Source: a virus
Taxonomy: Duplodnaviria > Caudoviricetes
Virus record (IMG/VR): IMGVR_UViG_3300012990_000005
Coordinates: 1 to 46,803 of that record
Strand: one strand, 5' to 3'
DNA length: 46,803 nt
The notes under the pieces were generated by a model. That model ran no database searches. It had not been told where the DNA came from and saw only the letters and a program-made list of their open reading frames with translations. Every line of letters starts with the position of its first letter. Within the stretch, counting starts at the first letter, position 1. Shown in pieces: positions 15,819 through 25,700 of this stretch. The position numbers and the translations under genes were made by a program.

Positions 15819-18800
15819 CGTGATACCGCCTGAAGTTCTGTGCTAGAAACTCTTTTAGGAAAAAAGTGAATGTACTTAATAGTGTTATTTAGATAGTTTG
15901 AAGCTGCTGCTCTTGAACCAATATAAAGCACGTTGTTTGCAGTTGGGTAAGGTGAAACTACTGTTTGAAGATCAGTTCCATTAACAGTCTGCCATCTTCC
16001 AGCACTTGAAAAAGATGATGATGCTTTGATGTAAGTTGATGGTGTCATCGCTGCGACTGTATTACTTATAGAGTTAGTGTTATCAAAACTTCTCAAGATA
16101 GTTGATGATTGACGATACATATACCAGTAGTTATTACTCGTCCCTGAAATTACTCCCCCGCCATCGGCCTGAGGAGCATTAAAGCCTGTGACAAAAGTCC
16201 CTTCGAGCGCATTAAACCACGAACTAAAATTAGTCCCTGTCATTGATGCTGAGTCAGCTGTTCTATTTACACTTGAGGCGACTGTAGGAATGTATGAGGT
16301 TGGAAATGCGCCTGTTTCGAGTTGTGCGCCCCAGATATAAATTCCAGAAGCATTGTCTCCCAAGTAAGAGTCGGCACCGTTGTAAAGTCTAACTTGCATA
16401 TTTCCAGAAGTTCCGTCAGATGTAAAAGTGATCGAACATCTATACCACCCATCAGGATAAGCTTTAATTGTTCCACTCGTAGCATCGGACACACCTGAAA
16501 CCTGATCAGTTGCTACCGTTCCAGCGCTTAGGTCAAATAATTTACCATAAAGAGTAGTGGCACCACCGACTAAGTGAAATTGTGTTCTTGCATTAGATGG
16601 AGGTACTTTTGCGAAAATTGATAGCGTATAAACAGTAGTGTTTACGATTGTTGGAGTTTGTTGAATTAAATGTGCGCCAGTAGTATTATCTTCAACCAAT
16701 CTGTCGGCAGTTGTTAACCCATTAGGTGCGACTGTATCGTTAGCTATAACAGGCGTTGCGTTTAATCTTGTCTTGCTCCATGAAGCGTTATCAAACTCTT
16801 CACTTCTAAGGATTAAATTTGTCCTCGCCTCCTCAATCAATAACCCAAGACTTTCTAATGTCGTAGGATCATGATCGAACCTAGGTTGATTAATTGCTAC
16901 TGTCTCAATCAATCCACGCTCATTAACTCTTGTCGCTGTGGTTGAACGAGTGAAAGTAATTCTTGGATCAAGAGAGCGTGAATTGGCGAAGTCTAAAAGG
17001 AGTGATGGGCGAATGTTTGGCAGTGTTGTGCTTTCACTGTCTGAAATAAGAGTTGTCCATCCAGTATTTCCCGATCCTGATTCTTTCACATAAAGAGAAG
17101 AAGTGGGTGCTCCATCTGTGCGTGAATAGACTGATCCGACTGGTGCGGTTACCGAGCTTTCAGGAGTACCAGAACCAAATCTTTGATAAAGTCCTTGAGT
17201 TGGAGCAAAGTCACTATCATCGGCAAGTCTGGCATCTAGAGTTGTTGAACTTCTTTTTAGTGATGGAAAGCTTGAAGTAGTTCCACCAAATTGTAATCGG
17301 GTAAAATTGTTTTGAGCTGCGTTTGTTAATCTGAGTATTCCATCCGCTGGACTGGTCATCATTGATCTTGCGCCAAAATAAAGCTTACCGTTATTTCCTG
17401 CCCCGAATGAGTCACCCGCTATGACGTTATTTGAGGATTCAATATTCCATCCGCCAAGCGTATTCAGTAACCCTGTAACCGAGACAGTTCCAGTGAAACT
17501 AGGAGAAGCTAATGGTGCTAAAGAATCCCAAGACGTGCCGTTATACACATTAAGTTTGTCTAGTGTTGTATCGAAAAGAGTCAAACCTTCAACAGGAGAA
17601 ACAATTGCATTTTTCTGAGTCGTCGTTAGTCTTGGAGGTAGTAGGCCTTTTGTGGTTGAGGATAATTCTAGTATTGATGAAGCGTCGGCGTCAGTTGAAC
17701 CTTTTCCTATGGCCACTGCACCTCTAGGATCAAAGTTTACTGATGTTGCCGCAGTCGTTGAACCGCTTGGAGTTGTTGAAAATAGTATCTTTGTTCCTTG
17801 GGCCGAATCAGTCCAAGCTTCACTTGTAAGAACTCTTATTAATGCTCTTGAACCAGAAGAATATCCAGTGGCCCCATATCCACGAAATGAAAGTCCGCCA
17901 ATCTGATCTCCACTAGAAACTGCTGTTGGAGATGCTTGAGTGCCATTGGCCCTTCTAAAGAAAAATCCGTTTTCATTTCCATAGGAGTCCATTGACAGGT
18001 AATTTGTTGAACTATTCGCCCCACTGACATGAAGATTAGTTCCTGTAATTGGTGAGGCAACGCCTGATTGTGCCTTAACGGTTACAGGGCCGTTTAAGCT
18101 AACTGCATTTTTAATTAATGGAGCATCGGCCGTACCAGTTAAATCACCCGCGAGTTTAATAATACCTTTAACAGAAGCAGAAGCTTCATTCACTCCGCCT
18201 GCAACGACTGTGGCAATCGCAGCGTCCACATACTTAGTATTCGCTGCGGCCCCAGAGTTATCTGAACCCGTACGATCTGGAACTGTGACAGTACCAGTAA
18301 AAGTCGGCGAAGCTATATTAGCTTTTAAGTTATCCGCAGTCGTAACAAAGGCTGTGGTCGCCAATTGGGTAGTAGATGTTCCTGCCACGGCTGTAGGGCC
18401 CGAAGGTGTTCCCGTAAAAGTCGGAGAAGCCAAGTTTGCCTTAAGCGCATCAGCAGTATCCACATACGCCGTCGAAGCTATGCGAGTTGAATTGTTATTT
18501 GCTGCTTGAGTGGGTACTGTAGGATTTCCACTGAAAGCAGGGGAAGCACTAAAGACTGCAAGTCCTGTACCTGTCTCATCACTAAGAGCAGCGGCAAGTC
18601 CGGCAGAGTTAGTAAGTGTGCCTTGCTTAGAATTTATTTGAGTTTGTATCGAGCTCGTCACACCGTCGAGTCTTTGAAACTCGGTTGAGCTCACCGATCC
18701 ATCGGCAATCTTAGAAGCATCAATCGCTGCTCCCGACTTTATGTTAGCGTTAGCTATATTTGAAATTGAGTTAAGGTCAGCATCGATGGTCTTGTTTAAA

Positions 18801-19063
18801 AAAGCTGCTGTATCAGTAAGGCCACTTATGACAAAGAAGTTCGTTCCGTCATGAGATAGCTCCCACTTATCGGAAGTATTATTATATCGAAGTGCCGGAA
18901 GTCCTGTACTTAATTTAGTACAAGGAGAGCCACTCACGCACGCCGAATAGTTTACATTCCCTGAAGTCGATCCGAGCATCAAGGTCTGATCAGGGTAAAT
19001 TACTACCGCTGCTATCTTGGTCGATATGATCATCAATATAATTAGTAATAAAAAGTTTTTCAT
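15815..19063 (-). CDS. Long mosaic tail-fibre/adhesin-like protein with N-terminal signal-like peptide
   Basis: ATG 19063 with AAGG RBS right after the upstream stop; repeated KANLASPTFTG units, LELSSTTKGLLPPR and GSGTPESSVTAPVGS fibre motifs, and an FTRSTTAT...GLLIEEARTNL C-terminal lectin-like domain. Confidence 0.85.
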   Translation of the reverse strand: MKNFLLLIILMIISTKIAAVVIYPDQTLMLGSTSGNVNYSACVSGSPCTKLSTGLPALRYNNTSDKWELSHDGTNFFVISGLTDTAAFLNKTIDADLNSISNIANANIKSGAAIDASKIADGSVSSTEFQRLDGVTSSIQTQINSKQGTLTNSAGLAAALSDETGTGLAVFSASPAFSGNPTVPTQAANNNSTRIASTAYVDTADALKANLASPTFTGTPSGPTAVAGTSTTQLATTAFVTTADNLKANIASPTFTGTVTVPDRTGSDNSGAAANTKYVDAAIATVVAGGVNEASASVKGIIKLAGDLTGTADAPLIKNAVSLNGPVTVKAQSGVASPITGTNLHVSGANSSTNYLSMDSYGNENGFFFRRANGTQASPTAVSSGDQIGGLSFRGYGATGYSSGSRALIRVLTSEAWTDSAQGTKILFSTTPSGSTTAATSVNFDPRGAVAIGKGSTDADASSILELSSTTKGLLPPRLTTTQKNAIVSPVEGLTLFDTTLDKLNVYNGTSWDSLAPLASPSFTGTVSVTGLLNTLGGWNIESSNNVIAGDSFGAGNNGKLYFGARSMMTSPADGILRLTNAAQNNFTRLQFGGTTSSFPSLKRSSTTLDARLADDSDFAPTQGLYQRFGSGTPESSVTAPVGSVYSRTDGAPTSSLYVKESGSGNTGWTTLISDSESTTLPNIRPSLLLDFANSRSLDPRITFTRSTTATRVNERGLIETVAINQPRFDHDPTTLESLGLLIEEARTNLILRSEEFDNASWSKTRLNATPVIANDTVAPNGLTTADRLVEDNTTGAHLIQQTPTIVNTTVYTLSIFAKVPPSNARTQFHLVGGATTLYGKLFDLSAGTVATDQVSGVSDATSGTIKAYPDGWYRCSITFTSDGTSGNMQVRLYNGADSYLGDNASGIYIWGAQLETGAFPTSYIPTVASSVNRTADSASMTGTNFSSWFNALEGTFVTGFNAPQADGGGVISGTSNNYWYMYRQSSTILRSFDNTNSISNTVAAMTPSTYIKASSSFSSAGRWQTVNGTDLQTVVSPYPTANNVLYIGSRAAASNYLNNTIKYIHFFPKRVSSTELQAVSR

Positions 19064-19071
19064 TCTTAACC

Positions 19072-19704
19072 TTATGTTGCTGAAGTCGTAGTTGTTCTTC
19101 TTAGTACCCATACGCCTGCCGTTCTTACCTCTAGTACCAAGTCACCATCGGCATTAATTCTTTCTCTCCAAGATCCATTGGTCGAAGGATCCCCCCAATA
19201 CTTAGTCGTAGCTATTTCTAATGCGTCAATTTCTTCTTGAAGTTCTACTGTCGTTTCTTCTAAGGAAACTATGTCTGCTTCTGCTACAACGATTCTATCG
19301 AATAATTCTGTTGTAAATTCTTTAACGGCTATGATTGCCATGCATAGGCGATCTAATGTTTTTTCGAAAATCTCTGGGGCAAATGCTCCCCACTCTCTAC
19401 CCTTCATAGGTTGAGCAGCGTTCTTATTAAATCTGATAATTAGTTTATAGCCTGTCTTAAGATTACCTGAAATGAGCCATACTTGACCTGCGTTCACTAG
19501 AGTAAGTTTAGGGCTAATCCTTCCAATATTTGAAAGAGTGAAGTCAGTACCTATTTCCAAGTCAATAGTATCGTTAGTAGCTATCACTAAAACTTCTGCG
19601 ACTATGTTAGAGTTTTCAAAAGTTGGGAAAGGTATATCAAATTGATTGATAGTACCTACGCCGGGATATTCAACATTGGCCTCTGTATTTAATGCGACTG
19701 TCAT
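19072..19704 (-). CDS. Tail fibre adaptor (T7 gp17 N-terminal-like domain plus short coiled coil)
   Basis: YPGVGTINQFDIPFP...FAPEIFEKTLDRLCM; position immediately after the ejection proteins. Confidence 0.75.
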   Translation of the reverse strand: MTVALNTEANVEYPGVGTINQFDIPFPTFENSNIVAEVLVIATNDTIDLEIGTDFTLSNIGRISPKLTLVNAGQVWLISGNLKTGYKLIIRFNKNAAQPMKGREWGAFAPEIFEKTLDRLCMAIIAVKEFTTELFDRIVVAEADIVSLEETTVELQEEIDALEIATTKYWGDPSTNGSWRERINADGDLVLEVRTAGVWVLRRTTTTSAT

Positions 19705-19719
19705 TGGCGTTCCCTCTTT

Positions 19720-22700
19720 TTATTCTTCCATCCGAGCTAGTGTTTGTTGCTCTTTCCGCATATAAGCTTCATCTTCTTTCTGCTCATCACTCTTAAGGTT
19801 CTCACCCCATCCAACCATTTTACCAATGAGTGAAGTCGGAAGCCCTGTCGTGATGGTGATAGTATCCATTAGTCCGGCTATATCTTTCGCGGACAGGTCA
19901 ACACCTTTACTGATATTCTTACTCGCTTGAATAGATTTAGCAACACTATTGACAGGTTTAGATAAACCCGGTGACGCTGAACCCGATCCAAACTGAATAC
20001 TAGAAGTGACCATACGGACTAAAGGGAATGGAAGCGCGGTGTCAATAGAACCAAGAGCTGCCCTTGTGGTCATTGCTTTCATTTTTCTAGCTAGTGCTTC
20101 ATCCTCATCCTCTTCATCATCTTCCTTAGTAGACTCTGCGAACATGCCATCTATAAGGTTTGGCACGATCCATGCAAGCATACCTATTACAAGAACCGCC
20201 TTGATCTTATTAGCTCTTGATTGATCTCTCATAGTTTCCACTTGCATAAGATTATGCATAGCTATTGGAACTGAAGTGACCATCATTAGGAGTTTATGAA
20301 GATCGTCGCCTCGACTTATGTTCGACATCGAAGATACGTCAGGGGAAGACTGAGAAGCGTTTACCATATCATCGGCATAGTGAACGGCATCTTGTTCAGA
20401 TAAACCTTTCTCTTTTCCAAGTTCGTAGGCCGCGTGCCAAGTACATACATCGACTTGGTTCTGAGTCATCTGGATAAAGAACCATCGGAAGTCGTTGACT
20501 TTCTCCGCTGTCCAACTAATCCAATCGAAGTTCGTATTTATTTTTTCAAAAGATCTCACCATCATTTCCTGAGAGTCGGACATACGTGCTCTCATTACTG
20601 GTGATCTATCGGTCATGAATTTTCTTGATTCTTTACGTGCGCCCATTCCTGTCTTCACGTTAGCGGCAATAAGTCTTCCAAGACCCATGACTCCAAAGCC
20701 TTTCTTATCCAAGCGTGCGGCAGCAGGAAGGTATCCGAAATACTGTTTAACGACTGAAAGGAATCCACCTAAGTACATGGCCGTGTTCACGTTGTTACGA
20801 AGATGTCTGGCCATCGATTGATGAAATCCATCTTTGTACTCAGTGTACTCCTGCATCTTAACGGCATTGAACCATCGAACGATAATACCTTCCTTGGCAT
20901 TACCGATGATGCCGGGTCTTCGTGTTTCTAAAGCACGACGAACTGGTTCCGATTCAATGACTTTACCAAAATCTAATAATGGGTTTCTTAGGTAAGCAAG
21001 GTTTAATGATGCTGAGAGGTACGAAGAAATCCTGCTCATATCGAGGTTTAATGGGCCATAATTCTCGTCACGTTCATTAGTCATGCCTGTATTCATATTC
21101 GGGTAGAGCTCATTAACTGAGTACCCCATTGAATCAACGTTCATCATTGAATCAATTTTTCCGGCAGTCATAATATCTTGGAGCCCTGCGACCGGAACAT
21201 ATCCACCTGTGAAAGTTCCGAGAGAGTTTTTAACTTCCCATGCCTCGATCTTACCCATGTTAAAGTGATCTGATCTTCTCATGGCCTTTTTAACAAGAGG
21301 GTGAATCTCTTCGAAGATCGCCCAGATTCCGTTATACATATCGAAATCTTTCTTAGTTAAGTTACCTTCTGAAATCATCCTCTCAACGAAGGTGTTCCAG
21401 CTTGCATAATCTGGTTCCATGGCAAGAGTTTCTTGGTTGAACTTAGCAATGCCATGGCCAAGAAGGAACTTCTTAGCACCTGACTCTGAGCCCATGAGGA
21501 GCATGGCCATGTGAAGTTCACCTCTGTTCTTGAAGATGAACCCGTTATCACCTAGCTCTTTAGCGATGATCGGACGACTAGACTTATCGACGTAATCCAT
21601 TTTCCAAGTTGAAGGAACTGGAAGACGAGTGACAAGCGGAGCGATGATACCACGATCGATCGAAGCTTCTTTCATTAACGCTGACAAGCGGTCGCGGTAG
21701 CCCATGAGAGCAAGAGTTCTTACTGCTTCAGAGTCCACTACTTTATAAAATACTTTTCCTAGTGCTGATTTTGCAAAAGCTTCAGGAGATGGATAGAGGG
21801 ATTCGAATACTGATCTTAAGTTAAGGGTATCTCTTCTGAGTTTACCACTTAAAGTTTCACTAGAAACATCTACTACGTTACCGTCCTTGATTTCATTCTC
21901 AATGGCTTCAGCGATGTTTACGATATTTTCTCTGCGCTCACCTAGCTCGATTTCTTTTGATTGACGAGCGACTGATTGGATAGTCTTAAGAACTCCACCA
22001 AGGCTCACATATCCTGCGACTGAAGCGTTTCTTCCATATCTTCCGGCCGCGACTCTCTCATAATTATTGAGTCTTGAGTTCACTAGCTCGATCATGTCAT
22101 CGGTAATTCCTGAAAGTTCTGATACATCACTTCTTTCAAGTCTTGGAAGTCGTTGTCCGATTGCCGCAAGTTGAATGATCTGCTTACCGAATGACATCAC
22201 ATCGGTGTCATAACGTCTTGCTAGGTCTTTAGAACGAGCGTACTTGTCGAAGGTCTTGATCCTAGCGGTCGTTTGAGCGATAGCTTTTTGGGCCTTAACG
22301 GCTGTCTTATAGGCGAAGAAGTGAAGTGCTTCCTTCATCTTACTGTCCAAAGCTTCCATGATATTATTCTTACGGAAACTTCTGGCCGCATCTCTCCCGT
22401 GGCGACCCATATCGTCTAGGTACTTCTTAGCTGTAAACTTGAAGGCCCCTGCATCTAGTACCATTCGATTACCTTCTGCCTTAAAAGCTTCCTTAGATGG
22501 TGCTCCAACATAGGCAGGAGGGTTAATTAGCTTCTCGATCAAAGCTTTATATTTGCCCGGAAACTTAGTCATAAGGATCTTAACTTCTTCAAGGAGGAGT
22601 CTTTCCTTCCCTTTACGTTGAAGCTCATTGACTACGACTTCATGAATTTCATCTTCTGTTTTAATTGTCGGGAACTCAGTCTTAATCTTCTGATCAATTA

Positions 22701-25700
22701 GTTCCTCGATCATTGAATCTCGTTGTGCTGTTTCTGTTAGAAGGTCAAGCATCTCGTTTGGTGAAGTAATACCATTCATTTGCATGAAAGCTTCTACTGG
22801 TAGCCCACCTTTCTTCTTACCTGTCATCATTTCACGAGGGACTAATTCTTTAATTTTCTCAGCTAGGGCCATATCGTTATTGCACAGAACTTTAAGAACA
22901 GAATCAAATGAGAGTCGAGGATCAGGAGTGTTACCTTCTGGGTCAGTACGGAACTCATTATAGGCATCTTTAAATTGAGCAAGCATTAACATAGCTCTAC
23001 GTGAATCCACTTCATCGGTAGCTTCTTGGGTAATTCTATCAAGCTCTTTATCAATTAAGACTTCACGTTCACGAATGCTCTTGTTCCATATTTTTGTATA
23101 GCCTCGACCTAAAGCTTCTGACCGAGCGTCTTTAATTAGCTCAATATATTTCTGCCCATCTTTACCTAGCATATCTGCTGAGAATAAAGGTTCAGGGAAC
23201 ATCGGATAAGATTGTTCTTCGAGAGCATTAGAAGCTCCAAGAATACCTTCGAACATTCTTTCGATCTTCGGAGTAATCTTTAAAGGAGGGTATACGCTAG
23301 TGTTAAAGATAGATTTAATACGCTCAATGACTGCGACTACATATTTACGGAAGTCAGAGAGAAGTCTGGCCATTGCCGTATTCTCAAGCTTACCTTCTAG
23401 GAAATAAAGTTCTGCTGTACGAGCAAATGTCTCATGGATTCTTTCTTCCTGAACTGGATCCATGTTAAGTAGCTGGTCAATAGAGTCTAATCCAAAAGCT
23501 TCAGCAGCGATTCTCATAGAATCAAGGTATGCTCTCTGCTGTTCAGTCATGCTTTCTTCAGGGATTGCGGAAACGTATTCATAATCAATCGCCATCTCAT
23601 GAAGATACGAGTGGCCGAACTCATGAATAATAGTTTTAACATCTGCCTTATTTTCACCATCGAAGGTGAAGGCGACTGTATAAGGAGCATCCTTCTTAGG
23701 AAGTGCTGAGAAGGTTCCGTATGCTTCGAGTTTACTTTTACCTGTAGTCTTACCAATCTTTAATTGTTTTGCGACTTCGGTGAAAGGTCTGTTGATAAGT
23801 GTGGCCCTATGTTGCATACGACCAAATTGGATTTCTGTCCATGCCTCGATCATCTGCTCATCAGTATCTTTTGGAAGGGAGCGTTTAAGTCTTGATAGGA
23901 TGGAGAAGAATACTTTCTTTTCTTCATCACTTCTAAACTTGTTATAAAGTTGAACAGGCCGAAGCTTTAAGTTTTGTGGGTCGTTTGGATCAGCTTCGAT
24001 GATCTCAATAGTTCCGCCATCTTCGTTAGGTGCGGCATCGTTTCCTTCTGCTCTTTCGTAGAATTTTTTAACGATCTTCACGTCATCTTCAGTGAAGACT
24101 ACAAAGTTTTGTTTACCTGATTCAAGTCCTTTATAAGTAATTCCGTTGAACCCTTTTGCGGTGAGGGTTATTGCGAACTTCTTATCCTGTTCGTGTGTTA
24201 AGCTGCTGAGCAATAGTCCAAGAGTTACGAACTCTTTATTTATAGGTTCGCCTTTCAAGAATTTTTTAAAGTATTCTGGTTGAGGGTTATATGTCCCTAC
24301 CATTCCCCAAGTCGAGGGTTCTGTCTCCCCTTTGTCACTGATTCCTGCTTCAATTAAAGAGTCTCTTATCGACTTCTCTATTTCTGGTGGAACTGAGTCC
24401 AACGTCGAGTCGAGGTCTACCCATAAACCTTTAGGGAGTTTAACCTCAAAGACTTGGCCTTTCTTTCTATTTTTTGTTTTATCTACGTATTCTTGAATTG
24501 TTTTAATTTGTTCGGCAGGTAGGCTTTCCGCATCCCACGTCTTCTCCCAATTGTCGTCTTGTCTAAAAGCGGATAATGCTTCTACGTGACTGTCAAAACC
24601 AAAGAAGTTATTATCTTCAAAAATTTTATAAACCTCTCCGGGAACAGTATCGGCTTTGATTAAGCTCTTTCTATACCACTCCGCTACGTTAGGATCTGTA
24701 CTAAAGTAAAGCCCATACCCGTAAGCTTGAGCACCTTCCCCTGTACCAATTGCACCTTCTCTGAATCTATCAAAGTCGTGAGGTGAACCATGAAAAGCTG
24801 TACGATCAAAGAATACTGTCGGTTTCTTTTCAACCATCTCGATCTGAGCGTTAGCCTCAAGTCCATTGTATTCGTTGCCATTGAATCGAGCGACTGCATC
24901 GAGTTCAGGTCTGTCTTCAGTTATGAATATCCAATCAGAGATAGGTATAGCTATTGAAGTATCGCTCTCTCTAGCTTGAGCGTATTCTGCTCTTAACGAT
25001 GGAGGAAGCTTCTCGATTACAAACTTCATCGCCTCATCTCTTGAACCAAAGTGTGCTTCAAGTTCTACCGGAGAAATTCTTACTACGTCAGTATTAGCTT
25101 CTCTTACGATCTCCTGCTCTACTGATGGCTCAATAGATTCAGGATCGTCGATGATAGGGTCATTAGGGTTCTCTGATACTGGCTTCTTATTTAATGCTTG
25201 CTTGATTAATTCTTTAGTGGCTTCAGGGTTGTTTTTAACTTCAGGGTTCTTCTCGATCTGCGCTCTAAGTTCAGATACAGCAGCGAGGTCTTCGTTTGCT
25301 TTAGAAGCTTTTGAAAGTATCTGTGCTGTTTTAATCGCACCGTACTTGATACCTGTCATTCCGGCGGCAGGGCCAGTAGAAAGTATCGCTTCGTCCAATC
25401 CCTCTTTATAATTTTCTTCTAAGTTCTTAAGGCCATCGCCTCTATGAAGGTCAACCGCTTGAAGTGCTGCAATCTGAGAAGCACCCTCTTCGACTGCCTT
25501 ACCTCCGACTTCCACTCCTGCGGTAACGACTTTCTGTGCCACCCCAGGTTTTTTCATTACGTGCTTAGATACACCATTACCAAGCTTTCCCCCCACTAAA
25601 GAGAATAAAGCATCAGAAACACCCATAGTTAAACCATAGATGTCTGCTTCACGAATCCACTTCTGAACTCGAGCAGGATCGCTGAAAGCTAAATCAATGT

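Noticed and set aside
15264-19704. BPP-1-type diversity-generating retroelement
   Set aside because: Despite the BPP-1-like virion genes, I saw no reverse transcriptase and no template/variable repeat pair.
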